Positions 23,586 to 36,519 are shown, numbered from the stretch's first letter. The stretch is DNA of 54,384 nt from Octopus sinensis (GCF_006345805.1 NW_021834160.1:1-54384); one strand, 5' to 3'. Notes: a model not told the origin generated them from the sequence alone. Numbers and translations are program-made.

Positions 23586-23818
23586 TGGGGTTGGTGCAAA
23601 ATTATTGCGGCTTTTATTCAACAAATTTTATTCAACAAAAACAATAACAACATGTAACAAAAACATCTTTAAATGATTATTCCGGAGCATATTCACCATC
23701 TTATTACTGCTTCCCATTTGCTTGGCAAACGGTCAGACAGTCATTTAAAGATGTCTTTGTTAAATATTGTAATTGTTTTTGTTGAAAAAAAGCCGCAATA
23801 CTTATGCACCAACCCGAC
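23586..23818. mobile_element. Mariner-type MITE / internally deleted element
   Basis: TIRs GGGTTGGTGCAAAATTATTGCGGC / GCCGCAATACTTATGCACCAACCC, similar to mariner TIRs, in a TA context. Confidence 0.7.
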
Positions 23819-24161
23819 AATTATACAGACAGGTACCTGCACAAACGCACAGATACACACAGATACACACACACGCACACACATACACACACGCATACGG
23901 ATTCTGTTTTTTTCGTTGTTTGAAAAAAAGTTCGTTTCTATGTTTTTGTTTTTATGCTTTCGTTTCTCATTGGGTTCAACGTTTTTTGCTGTCCTGTACC
24001 CATATATGCATGTATATATACATATAGATGTAGGTATGTATATATATGCATGTATATATGCATATAGATGTAGGTATGTATATATATGTATGTATATATG
24101 CATATATTTATACATTATATCATTATATGATCGAACGCCACGCATCCTTTTCCAAGTAAGT

Positions 24162-24215
<54 letters not shown>

Positions 24216-24256
24216 CATATATATATATATATACATACATATATATATATATATAT

Positions 24257-24328
<72 letters not shown>

Positions 24329-25313
24329 GCGGTTCGGCATAAGAGACCGATAGAATAAGTACTGGGCTTACAAAGAATAAGTCCCAGGGTCGATCTCCTC
24401 GACTAAAGGCGGTGCTCCAGCATGGCCGCAGTCAAATGACTGAAACAAGTAAAAGGAAAAAGGAAAAAGGAAAGGATATATATATATATATATTATATAT
24501 ATATATATATTATATATATATATATATACATACATATATATGTATGTGTGTGTGTGTATCTATGTATGTATATGTATATATATCTATGTATATATACATA
24601 TATGTGTGTGTGTATATGTTTATATATATGCATATGTTCTTTTATTAACATATATATACATATATATATATATCACAATCAAGGAACGGCCATAATAGGC
24701 CATTCACCCACTAGAAATAACAGCCAAAGCTTCAACCGCAAATAAACATCAATTCCGTAAACCAGGAGAAAATTAAAAAACATTTACCCTGTATATATAT
24801 ATATTAATATATTATTAATTAGGGAATAAAAAGTACGGCGTCCAGGGATTCAAATAAAATGAATTATTCTTGATAAGGAAATGTATGGTACTTAAAGATA
24901 GAAGTCCCCATGCAATTCGTCAAATCCTTATATATATATTACATGCGTAGACAGAAACATACGCGATCGCACACACACAGAGGTATCATTGCGTTGCAAC
25001 CAAGAGTACATGGTTGTGAGAGTGCGCCGTTTACAAGGGAGGTTATTCGTACATGTCTCATGTAAAGAGTATTTTCCCTTTGACCATAAAGTTTTATTAT
25101 TGCCGCGTGTAGTATTTATTGGCTTATGTATTTTTGCCAAGTGTAAAACTATAATTTTGATTCTTGATAATGGAGAGTCGTGCGTCGAAACGAGTCCTGG
25201 TGTACAAAAGATGGTGGTTATGCCAATGATTATAATAAAAACTGTTTCGATTTCGCTCCTTTATTGTAAGTCAGTTGTTTAGTTAATTAATCGAGCGCTT
25301 GTTTAATTATTAT

Positions 25314-25733
25314 GGATCTTTTCGGTTTGAACGGCAGTTTTTTCTAGCGGTGTCATATGAAATTGTCACCCATAATTATGACCCTAGTATCGATCTATTG
25401 CATTTCAATCTGTTTTAGGGTTAGGCTTACGGTTAGGGGGGAAGGGTATCTTTTTTTCTTCACAAATGTAAATAAACCCAATCTGTTTCTTAAACGAGGG
25501 ACATATTCATACGGCACAGAATGTTGTTTACCTCAATAGACGTCATTGATTGGTTTAAATTGCAGAAATTGACGAAAAAACAACAACAAATATCTTACAA
25601 ACCTTAGAATTTTCTCAATAAAGCCAAGAGAAAAAGATGTTTTATAAACACATTCTACCAGTATACGAAGTTTAAAAGTGTTTAGTTATGTGGAAATTAT
25701 TTTTAAAAACTGCCATTCAAACCAAAAAGATCC
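25314..25733 (+). mobile_element. GGATC-TIR MITE, full length
   Basis: Both TIRs are present. The internal sequence matches other copies. Confidence 0.85.
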
Positions 25734-25779
25734 ATATATTGTGGATTTGTCTACCTTGGCCTTAATGATATTCGTTCCC

Positions 25780-26345
25780 AATGACAATGATAATGAGTAG
25801 CCATTATATGTATATCTCCTGTCTCAATACAACTGTTTAATTCTGCCCTCATTCTATCATAAAGCACAGTAAAACATTTTATCCAAAATCTCTGGACCAA
25901 ATCTGGTCCAGATCTCCAGTTTAGCATCTTGAAAGCCATTTTTAACTTTTCTCCATTGATCCCCATGTTTATCTGCTTTGGCAAATCAGCATTTAACCAT
26001 TCTGCATTGCCATTGTATTTCACTCTGTGGCTCCAGATATTTCTCCAGAATCCCTTTCTTCATTTAGTTCCCTGTAAAGTCTACTTGAATCTGTTTCAAA
26101 CAACTTATTTTGTCTAAAGTGTTCAATTCTCTTATTACATCTCTTGATCTTGGCAGTTTTGTTCTCTGCCCTAATTCTTCCATTATTCCCTTATATCCAT
26201 TTTGTTTCAGTCAGTACTTTCTTTGGCTTGCTTTATGGAATCTAGTTTTTATCTTATCCCTGTGGCAAAGGATCTCCACTTTCGAAAAATCTTTTTCCTT
26301 GAGTTGTGATATCTTTCTGCTTTCTTACATTTTTGTAACAACATA
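25780..26345 (-). mobile_element. Decayed R4/Dong-like non-LTR retrotransposon fragment (pre-RT region)
   Basis: Minus translation IMEELGQR...FRQNKLFETDSSRLYRELN...FWRNIWS...NAEW...GPDLVQRFWIK resembles the RT-proximal region of R4/Dong elements. It contains stops and frameshifts. Confidence 0.6.
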
Positions 26346-26538
26346 GTCTCTCCATATATTTTAATGAAAAATTCAAAGACAGAGGTAGTGCCATTCTCTT
26401 TTTGTTAGAGAAATTAATTTTGGTGATGAGGAAAAAAAACCCTTACTACATTATCAAAATCGAAGAAATCAAAGCAAAGTGCTCCAGACATGAAATAGCA
26501 ATGTGAGACAGGGGTCAATGATGCTGAAAACAGACATC

Positions 26539-26945
26539 GGCGCAGGAGTGGCTGTGTGGTTAGTAGCTTGTTAACCAACCACATGGTTCCGGATTCAGTC
26601 CCACTGCTTAGCAGCTTGGGCAAGTGTCTTCTACTATAGCCCCGGGCCGACCAATACCTTGTGAGTGGAATAGGTAGACGGAAACTAAAAGAAGCCTGTC
26701 GTATATATGTATGTATATATATATATATATATGTGTGTGTGTTTGTGTGTCTGTGTTTGTCCCCCTAGCATTGCTTGACAACCGATGCTGGTGTGTTTAC
26801 ATCCCCGTCACCTAGCGGTTCGGCAAAAGAGACCGATAGAATAAATACTAGGCTTACAAAAGAATAAGTCCTGGGGTCGATTTGCTCGACTAAAGGCGGT
26901 GCTCCAGCATGGCCGCAGTCAAATGACTGAAACAAGTAAAAGAGT
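26539..26945 (+). mobile_element. Full-length SINE family A
   Basis: Complete head-to-tail match to other copies. Confidence 0.85.
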
Positions 26946-27344
26946 TATTTTAGTATAATATGTGTATTGTGTTTTTAAGCAACCGCTTTTTCTTGTGCTT
27001 GCATACACCCCATCCCTCCACCCTTATACACACATGCACATAAATGCACACAGACAGCGCAAAACCTGAGATCTCATAAAAGGTGATCAGTCAATATCAT
27101 TCGCTGTGCACATGCACAAAATTATATTTGAAGTCCAATTTTGAACAGAAGTTCAAGTTTTTGTTATTTTGGAATTAGGGAAACAAACATGCCATTTGCT
27201 GTTTTTTTATTCTTTTATAGGTGCAGGAGTGAATGTGTGGTAAGTAGCTTGCTTACCAACCACATGGTTCTAGGTTCAGCCCCACTGCATGGCACCTTGG
27301 GCAAGTGCCTTCTACTATAGCCTCAGGCTATATATATATATATA

Positions 27345-27512
27345 CATATATAAAATACTGTGTACATTTAAACACATTAAGAGGTTTCCATCATAGGAAT
27401 CCCTTACGCTAGAAGGTACAGCTAAAGTCCAAACCAATAGTTCCTTCTAACGTAAAGGATCCTATGATGGAAGCCTCTTAATGTTTTAATGTACACTGTC
27501 TTTTATATGAAT
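27345..27512. mobile_element. Small palindromic MITE-like element
   Basis: Arms TGTACATT...AAGAGG.TTCCATCATAGGA / TCCTATGATGGAAGCCTCTT...AATGTACA. A related shorter copy is at 48375-48480. Confidence 0.7.
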
Positions 27513-27600
27513 AATATATAGTCTATTCACTAATTTTTCTATACGCTAGGCCACTGTAGTAAAAATTTCTAAAATCTTTATTACCCTGATATTAAATATA

Positions 27601-27800
27601 TGCCGGTGGCACGTAAAAAGCACCCACTACACTCACGGAGTGGTTGGCGTTAGGAAGGACATCCAGCTGTAGAAACATTGCCAGATAAGACTGGGCCTGG
27701 TGCAGCCTTCTGGCTTCCCAGACCCCAGTTGAACCGTCCAACCCATGCTAGCGTGGAAAGCAGCACTAAAATGATGATGATGATGATGATGATGATGATA
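27601..27800 (+). mobile_element. SINE-like family C, with (GAT)n tail
   Basis: GGTGGCACGTAAAAAGCACCCACTACACTC...CCCATGCTAGC...GATGATGAT. Confidence 0.75.
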
Positions 27801-28199
27801 TATTCATATATACGACAAGCTTCTTTCAGTTTCCGTCTACCAAAGACATTCACAAAGGTTTGGTCGGCCCGAGGCTATAGTAGAAGACACTTGCCCAAGG
27901 TGCCACGCAGTCGGACTGAACCCGGAACCATATGGTTGGGAAGCAAGCTTCTTACCTCACAGCCACCCCTGCACCTATGAGCAGATTTTGAAACCAGATC
28001 TAAGAGGCAGGTCTAATAAATTGTGATCCTCGTTGGTAGAGGCCCTGCAAAGGTTTCCCTCCATTGCTCTCTCATATCTTCACGATTCTCTGTCTTCCAG
28101 TGTTGTTTTAAAATCCATTTCCGCTCCACATCCATCAAATTACCAACCATGGTTAAATTACCACTTTACCTGCAAAACATACTTTTCTTTTATTTTTTT

Positions 28200-28530
28200 T
28201 TCTTTTACTTGTTTCAGTCACTTATTCGGGACTTATTCTATCAGTCTCTTTTTGTCGAACTGCTAACTAACGGGGACATAAACACACCAGCATCGGTTGT
28301 CAAGCAATGCTAGGGGGACAAACACTAACACACAAACATATACACACACACTTATATATATATATATATATACATATATACGACAGGCTTCTTTCAGTTT
28401 CCGTCTACCAAATCCACTCACAAGGCTTTGGTCGGCCCGAGACTATAGTAGAAGACACTTGCCCAAGGTGCCACGCAGTGGGACTGAACCCGGAACCATG
28501 TGGTTGGTAACAAGCTACTTACCGCACAGC
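28200..28530 (-). mobile_element. SINE family A (further minus copies at about 27810-27975 and 28910-29270)
   Basis: Family A head and tail motifs on the minus strand. Confidence 0.75.
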
Positions 28531-30556
28531 CTAAAAGATTAAAAGTTACGATAAAAGTATTATTATGATTAACGACATGGAAAATATCAAAAATTAGGCT
28601 AATTAATTTAATATGCTAATAATTTTGTATATGTGATACTTACTGTATACCTATACACACACCCTGCATAATCTTCACAAAATATGTGTGTGAAAGCATT
28701 TCTATACGTGCGCCCCATCCGACTTTGTTTCCTCATAACTTCCAGAAAAAAGGATATTTTTGATGAAATTTTTGACAAATACACTTCAGATGGTGTAGTT
28801 TCTGATTATAATGCAATTTATGGTGAAAAATATTTTTTCGGGGGTAGGGAAATGAGTTTAAGAAAATTCACAGGAGACAGCTTTCTTTATACATAACTTT
28901 CTGGAAAATCTCTTTTACTCTTTTACTTGTTTCAGTCATTTGACTGCGGCCATGCTGGAACACAGCCTTTAGTCGAGCAAATCAACCCCAGGACTTATTC
29001 TTTGTAAGCCTACTACTTATTCTATCGTTCGCTTTTGCCAAACTGCTAAGTTACGGGTACTTTAACACACCAGCATCGGTTGTCAAGTGATGTTGTGGGG
29101 GGACAAACATATACACACGCATACATACATATGTCAACCAAATCCACTCACAAGGCTTTGGTCAGCCCAAGGCTATAGTAGAAGACACTAGCCCAAGATG
29201 CCACGCAGTGGGACTGAACCCATAACCATGTGGTTGGTAAGCAAGTTACTTACCACACAGCCAACTCAGTGCCTAAATGGGTAATTTTTTATCAAATTTC
29301 CCATAGGTTACAATACTTTCAACTGCAGTGTGTAGGTTTCAATTATATCGGAATTTAATATGAAAAAAGCAAATTTGGCGAGTTCGTACACATGCATACA
29401 GACAAAAGTTATTTGTATCTACAAAATAATATTTGAAATTTCGAAAAAAATTGTGATTATGTCAGTATATATGTATGCCTAATAATTATTTTTATTTTCA
29501 CATTAAATTTCGATATAATCGTAATTCACACACTCTGAAAAGTATTTGTAGAAAATTTCATCAAAAGAATAACCATTTTTCTAAAAAATTATGAGGAAAT
29601 TTTGTGAATTTTTCGAAACTCCTCTTCCCAACCACAGAAAAATTATTGGCATTGCCTTATTATTTCACAACAATGACTGATATAAGTAGAATCTACATCA
29701 TCTGAAGTATATTTGTGGTAAATTCCATTAAAAAATATCCATTTTTCTGAAAGTTATGAGGAAACAAAGTCATTAGGGGGGGGGGAACACGTCAGAGATA
29801 GTGTGTGTGCATATGCGAGAATGAGTGTGTTCGTGTTAAATTTTTTTTTAACAATAAAGAAAATCTGGATCTTGTTAAATTTCTTTCTTGAAATTTTTCA
29901 CAAGAAATTAATAATTTAAAAGTTACATTCATTTAAATTTGTGATTTTAGCCTATCGGCTGCATCTACTGCCATTAATACACATGGTATCGTGGTTGTTA
30001 GTCTCTGTGCGAAGAACACATCCCAGATTTTTACATTGTTTGTAGACTTGCAGCAAAGCAATCAAATCTTCCTCAAGCAACACAAAAACGTTTAAAAAGA
30101 AAACAAAAATACGAAATATTGTGTGACAATACGCTCAGCCTCAGCCAAAATACGACCCAAAAAAACACTATTTTCCTATTTGCAATAAGTACCAAACGCA
30201 CATATATGGTGTGTATTATGTAATACCACCTTTTTCAATGAAATATATATTTCGCTGATGCCTAACAAAAAAATTACAGCCACAAACGTAACAAAGGAAG
30301 TGAAAAAACTCGGCTAAGAAAAATGGCTTCTCTCACTCGTGTATTAAGCTGAAAAGAATCGTGTGCTGTATAAACAATCATTAAACAACTTTATTTCATT
30401 AAAAGGAGCCGTTTTAACCGGAAATTGAGGAAATATGCATAAGAAATGTATAATACGTGTAACATACGTATTTTAAATAAATGAAAATTAGCAGCGTGAA
30501 GCCATTATTCTGACTGCTGTGTATATAATAGCTATTTTATGCCCACATTATCGGTA

Positions 30557-30629
30557 GTCCCTGTAGCGCAGGGGATAGCGCGCTGGACTTCTAATCCAGA
30601 GGTCGTGGGTTCGAATCCCACCAGGGATG
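30557..30629 (+). tRNA. tRNA-Arg-TCT: tRNA-Arg (anticodon TCT), intronless
   Basis: 73 nt: acceptor GTCCCTG/CAGGGAT, D-stem GCGC/GCGC with A20, anticodon arm CTGGA-CTTCTAA-TCCAG, T-arm GTGGG-TTCGAAT-CCCAC. A T7 terminator lies about 14 nt downstream. Confidence 0.93.
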
Positions 30630-30781
30630 AGGACTGCTGATATTTTTTTCCTAAATTCTTTTTTTTCTATATAGCTATTTAACTTCTTGCTTTTGAATGT
30701 TATATATTTGTACTTATTAGTTTTTTTTTTTTCTATTTGATTTCTTTCAGTTTTACTTTTTTTCTGAATATTATTTTTCAG

Positions 30782-30864
30782 TTCCAGAACTTGGCTTCTA
30801 TATCGGTTTATTCTATGGAAAACGGTTTGACAACCAGTTTATCGATGCTGTATTTGGAGTATAA
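30782..30864 (+). CDS. Candidate terminal coding exon of an unidentified gene
   Basis: Long pyrimidine tract ending TTATTTTTCAG, then phase-1 frame xPELGFYIGLFYGKRFDNQFIDAVFGV*. The segment is non-repetitive and protein-like, but the family was not recognised. Confidence 0.4.
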
Positions 30865-31152
30865 TATAGAATTTACCAAGTTCCAAAATGGAGTGGCAGA
30901 CAACTATATATTTATCGTCGACGAAACGTTTCTACAGTTGGATATGCGTGTACACTCACACACATGTATATATAGTAATACACGGATAGATAAACATAGA
31001 CACACACATACATACAGTCAAACACATAAATTAGTATATAGGTGATCTACTTCTAGCATACGGCTGACCACCTAGTGGTTCTGCCCTTTAAATATACACA
31101 CATATATATACACACACATACACACATATATATATATATATGTATATATATA

Positions 31153-31253
31153 TTAAAATAGAAAATTACCCTTTAACAGGTAATTTTTACATGCTAGAAA
31201 TAGCAGCCAACAGGTAAAAAAATTACCTGTTAAAGGGTAATTTTCTATTTTAA
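31153..31253. other. Near-perfect about 36-bp inverted repeat with a loop of about 23 nt
   Basis: TTAAAATAGAAAATTACCCTTTAACAGGTAATTTTT ... AAAAATTACCTGTTAAAGGGTAATTTTCTATTTTAA. Confidence 0.85.
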
Positions 31254-31345
31254 AATATGAATATGTTGTCTGTTGACTATTTATACATGCTAGGCCACTG
31301 GTGGTGATATTTATAACGAATATTCGCCACCCTATAGATGTTTCT

Positions 31346-31396
<51 letters not shown>

Positions 31397-31693
31397 ATAT
31401 ACAAATGTGTATGTGTGTGTGTGTGTGTCATACATAAATGAGAGAGTATGTAGTTAGGTATGTGTGTTTAGCCCCGACAAAAATCGGAAATGTTGAATCT
31501 TCGAGAAAAAACGAATTTGATTTTCGAAATTTAAGTCCCAAAGAAAAGGTCGCTTGTAAATAATGATAAAAAAATATAATTTGTTGCGAAAAACGACTGA
31601 ACCTTTTAGATCGATAACTCTCCATCTATATTTTTCTGCCAATGTATCCCTCTGTATATATTTACCATACTCTTTGACACTTATTCTTTTTGC

Positions 31694-32110
31694 GGATCCT
31701 TTCTGTTTGAACGGCAGTTTTTAAAAATAATTTCCACGTAACTAAACACTTTTAAATCTTCGTATACTGGTAGAATGTGTTTATAAAACATCTTTTTCTC
31801 TTGGCTTTATTGAGAAAATTCTATTGTTTGTGAGATATTTATTGTTGTTTTTCTTCAATTTCTGCAATTTCAACCAATCAATGACGTCCATTGAGGTAAA
31901 AAAAAAAACATTCTGTGCCGTATGAATATGTCCCTTGTTTAAGAAACAGATTGGGTTTATTTACATTTGTGAAGAAAAAAGATACCCTTCCCCCCACCCC
32001 TAACCCTAAAACAGATTGAAATGCAATAGATAGATACTAGGGTCATAATTGTGGGTGACAATTTCAGATGACACCGCTAGAAAAAACTGCCGTTCAAACC
32101 GAAAGGATCC
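31694..32110 (-). mobile_element. GGATC-TIR MITE, full length, inverted
   Basis: Both TIRs are present, in reverse orientation. Confidence 0.85.
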
Positions 32111-32216
32111 AAATACTGGTGTTGATTCATTTGACAAAACTTTTTCAAGACTCTGCCCCAGTATGGCCGTACTCTAATGACTCAAACAAGAAAAAGTGAA
32201 AGAAGCAAAAAAAACA

Positions 32217-33314
32217 GGATCTTTTCCTTTTGAAGGCCAGATTTCAACACAATTTCTAGAGAAAATGATGTTTTATAAACACATTCTACCAGTATACAAA
32301 GTTTAAAAGTGTTTAGTTAACACAATTTCTAGTTAACTAAACACTTTTAAACTTCGTATACTGGTAGAATGTGTTTATAAAACATCTTTTTCTCTTGGTT
32401 TTCTTGAGAAAATTCTATATGTTGTAAGATATTTCCACTTTAAAATCGAGCATTTCGGCAATTTTAACCAATTGATTACCTCCATTCAACTAAAATCATT
32501 TGCTGCGTCTAAAACTGAGACAACATCCTGTAACTAACCCTAAACCTTCCCCTAACCCTAATTTTTTTTTTCTTAATTGTTACGTGTGTAAAATAAATCG
32601 AAAGCAATGGAAAGTGATTTAAACAATTAACAATCGAAATAATTCTATAATTTCATGCATACGCTTTCCATACGTATACGGAAAGCGTGTGTATATAAAA
32701 TTATAAAATTATTTTGATTGTTAATTGTTTAAATCACTTTCCATTGCTTTCGGGTTTTTTTACACATGTAACAATTAAATTAATTTAACAATTAAGAAAA
32801 AAAAAATTAGGGTTAGGGGGAAGTTTAGGGTTAGTTACAGGATGTTGTCTCAGTTTTAGACGCAGCAAATGATTTTAGTTGAATGGAGGTAATCGATTGG
32901 TTAAAATTGCCGAAATGCTCGGATTTTCAGATGAAATATCTTACAAACTATAGAATTTTCTCAATAAAACCAAGAGAAAATGATGTTTTATAAACACATT
33001 CTACCAGTATACGAAGTTTAAAAGTGTTTAGTTAACTAGAAATTGTAAAAAATTAGGGTTAGGGGGAGGTTTAGGGTTAGTTACAGGATGTTGTCTCAGT
33101 TTTAGATGCAGCAAATGATTTTAGCTCAAAAGAGAGCATAGGATTGGTTAAAATTCGAAAAATTAAATTACGTTAAACAAACGAATTACAATTTTCTCAA
33201 GAAAGCCAAGTGAAAATGATGTTTTATAAACACATTCTACCAGTATACGAAGTTTTAAAGTGTTTAGTTAACTAGAAATTGTGTTGAAATTTGGCCTTCA
33301 AAAGGAAAAGATCC
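32217..33314. mobile_element. Foldback element related to the GGATC MITE family, with about 350-bp internal palindrome arms
   Basis: Termini GGATCTTTTCCTTTTGAAGGCCA / TGGCCTTCAAAAGGAAAAGATCC. Arms at about 32322-32670 and 32680-33047 are centred on ACGCTTTCC...GGAAAGCGT. Confidence 0.85.
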
Positions 33315-33744
33315 AAAAGCAAAATAAAGATAAACAAAATAAAATAATTAACAAACAAAATATTTTCATTATTTTTTTACCTTTTATTGGTTTCTTTTTC
33401 TTTTTTTCCTTTATGTCAAATATTTTTTACAAATCAGCAAAGATCATGTGAAAATATTTATTATAAGACCTCCAAGTTCAGAATGAAAGACATGGTTTTT
33501 TTCCATCCGTATAATGTTTTGTATTCATCAATATTAACACATGTGTGTCTGTACAAATGTTGTTTGTGCAATATGAAGGGAAAATGGGTCAAACAATGAT
33601 ATAACTATTCTGATTCCTGTCTTTTCATTTCAACACAGGAAATATTTTCTTTGTTTTTAGGCATTATTTTTGGATTTTAGCAGTCCCAAAAAAAGAAGAA
33701 AAAAAATAGAAATTTTTTAGTTCATTTTCAATTTCATTTTGTTG

Positions 33745-33955
33745 ATTACTCTTTTACTCTTTTACTTGTTTCAGTCATTTGACTGCGGTCACGCTGGAGC
33801 ACCACCTTTAATCAGGACTTATTTTTTTGTAAGGCCAGTACTTATTCTATCGGTCTCTTTTGCCGAACCGCTAAGTAACGGGGACATAAACACACTAGCA
33901 TCGGTTGTCAAGCAATGCTAGGGGGACAAACACAGACACACAAACACACACACGC

Positions 33956-33986
<31 letters not shown>

Positions 33987-34142
33987 TACGACGGGCTTCT
34001 TTCAGTTCCCATCTACCAAATCCATTCACAAGGCTTTGGTTGGCCTCAGGCTATAGTAGAACACACTTGGCCAAGGTGCCACGCAGTGGGACTGAACCCA
34101 GAACCATGTGGTTGGTAAGCAAGCTACTTACCACACAGCCAC
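33745..34142 (-). mobile_element. Full-length SINE family A
   Basis: Family match. Confidence 0.8.
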
Positions 34143-34254
34143 TTTATTTTTTTCGGTAGATTGGTTAAAATAATAAATTAGACTTCAGTTTTAACTACAT
34201 AGATATTAATTACTCTTTTTAATTAAACTCAACCATACACATAAATATATCATC

Positions 34255-34500
34255 ATCATCATCATCGTTTAACGTCCGTTTTCCATGCTAGCACAGGTTG
34301 AACGGTTCGACCGAGGTCTGGAAAGCCAGGAGGCTGCACCAGGCTCCAGTCTGATCTGGCAGTGTTTCTACAGCTGGATGCCCTTCCTAACGTCAACCAC
34401 TCCGTGAGTGTAGTGGGTGCTTTTTACGTGCCAGGGGAGGCTGGCTGCAGCCACGATCAGTTGGTGCATTTTATGTGCCACCGGCATGGAAGCCAGTCAA
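34255..34500 (-). mobile_element. SINE-like family C
   Basis: (CAT)n-CGTTTAACGTCCGTTTTCCATGCTAGC tail in reverse. Confidence 0.75.
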
Positions 34501-34769
34501 GCCACATACATGCATGTATATAAGCATGCATATATATGAGCTTTAATAAAAAAGCATATTACTCTACCTTTTGTATTTGAGTACTATTTTTCCACCTTGT
34601 TTCACATTTATGGGCTTACTCATGTGTGTGTGTATGTAATGTTTTCAGTGATAACCACACCCCATCCTAGGAGAGATTACCACCCTTCAACTTATTTCAA
34701 TAGAATGGTAAATGACTAATATATGAATAGAAGTCAAAATTGAAGGAGGGTACCTCCCCCCACTCTCTC

Positions 34770-34777
34770 TACCTATG

Positions 34778-34808
<31 letters not shown>

Positions 34809-35266
34809 CTCCATCCATCTATCTATCTATCTGTTTATCTATCTATCTGTCTATCTATCTATCCATCTATCTATCTATCTATCTACCTATCTATCTATCC
34901 ATCTATCTATCTATCTATCTATCTGTCTATCTATCTATCTGTCTATCTATCTATCCATCTATCTATCTATCTACCTATCTATCTATCTATCTATCTATCT
35001 GTCTATCTATCTATCTGTCTATCTATCTATCCATCTATCTATCTATCTATCTATCTGTTTATCTATCTATCTGTTTATCTATCTCTCCATCCATCTATCT
35101 ATCTATCTGTCTGTCTATCTATCTATCTATCTGTTTATCTGTCTTTCTATCTATCTATCTATCTATCTGTTTATCTATCTATCTATCTGTTTATCTGTCT
35201 TTCTATCTATCTATCTATCTATCTGTTTATCTATCTATCTATCTGTTTATCTATCTATCTATCTCC
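34770..35266. repeat. (TCTA)n microsatellite
   Basis: Direct reading. Confidence 0.97.
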
Positions 35267-35527
35267 ACTGTCCTAGAACCTCACCTCAAAAAGCAAAAAA
35301 ATAATGTTGTCTTCTAGACAAAACAAAAACAAAACATCTGTTTTATATAAATAAACAATGTGTTTGTACATTCACAAAAATATTTTATTTGACAAGTTTG
35401 AAAACTGAATGAAGGTGTTAATAATGATTAATATAAAAAAAAATTATTTTCCCAAAATTCTGGCAACTTCCTCTTTTCTCAATATTCATTATCTGTACAC
35501 CACACACACATATATATATATATATAT

Positions 35528-36165
35528 GATGGCTGTGTGGTAAGTAGCTTGCTTACGAACCACACGGTTCTGGGTTCAGTCCCACTGCGTGGCACCTTGG
35601 GCTAGTGTCTTCTACTATAGCCTCAGGCCGACCAAAGCCTTGTGAGTGGATTTGGTAGACGGAAACTGAAAGAAGCCCGTCGTATATATGTATATATACA
35701 TGTGTGTGTTTGCGTTTGTCTCCCCAACATCACTTGACAACCGATGCCGGTGTTTTTACGTCCCCGTAACTTAGCGGTTCGGCAAAAGAGACCGATAGAA
35801 TAAGTACTGGGCTTACAAAGAATAAGTCCTGGGGTCGATTTGCTCGACTGAAGGCAGTGCTCCAGCATGGCCACACTCAAATGACTGAAACAAGTAAAAG
35901 AGAGAGAGAGATATATGTTGGCTGTGTGGTAAGTAGCTTGCTTACAAACCACATGGTTCCGGGCTCAGTCCCACTGCATGGCACCTTGGGCAAGTGTCTT
36001 CTACTACAGCCTCCGAAGTTGTATGTGTGTGTGTGTGTTTCCCCACCATTGCTTGACAACTGATGTTTGTGTGTTCACATACCCGTAACTTAGTGGTTCG
36101 GCTTACAAAGAATAAGCCCTGGGGGTCGATTTGTTCGACTAAAGGCGATGCTCCAGCATGGCTGA
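35528..36165 (+). mobile_element. Two SINE family A copies (second internally deleted)
   Basis: Heads at about 35528 and 35918. Confidence 0.8.
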
Positions 36166-36519
36166 GGAAAAGAATGGACGAAATGCTAAGCATCTCGCTG
36201 CCTTAATAATTCTTTCTACTACAAGCACAAGGTTTGAAATTTTGTGGGGAGGGGCTAGTTGATCACACTGACCCCAGTAGTCAACTGGTACTTATTTTCA
36301 TTGACCCAGAAAGGATAAAAGCTAAAAGTGATCTTGTTGGGATTTGAACTCTGGACATAAAGACGAATGAAATTCTGCCAGACACTGCCTTAATATTGTT
36401 TTTATATTTCTTTGGAAGTATGCTGTGCGTGGAAAGACCCGGCAGGACAAGTGAGACCATAACCCGTGGCCTCTACCCAGGACGTAGCCAGCCCACTTAT
36501 GCATACCTTTCCTTCTTGT

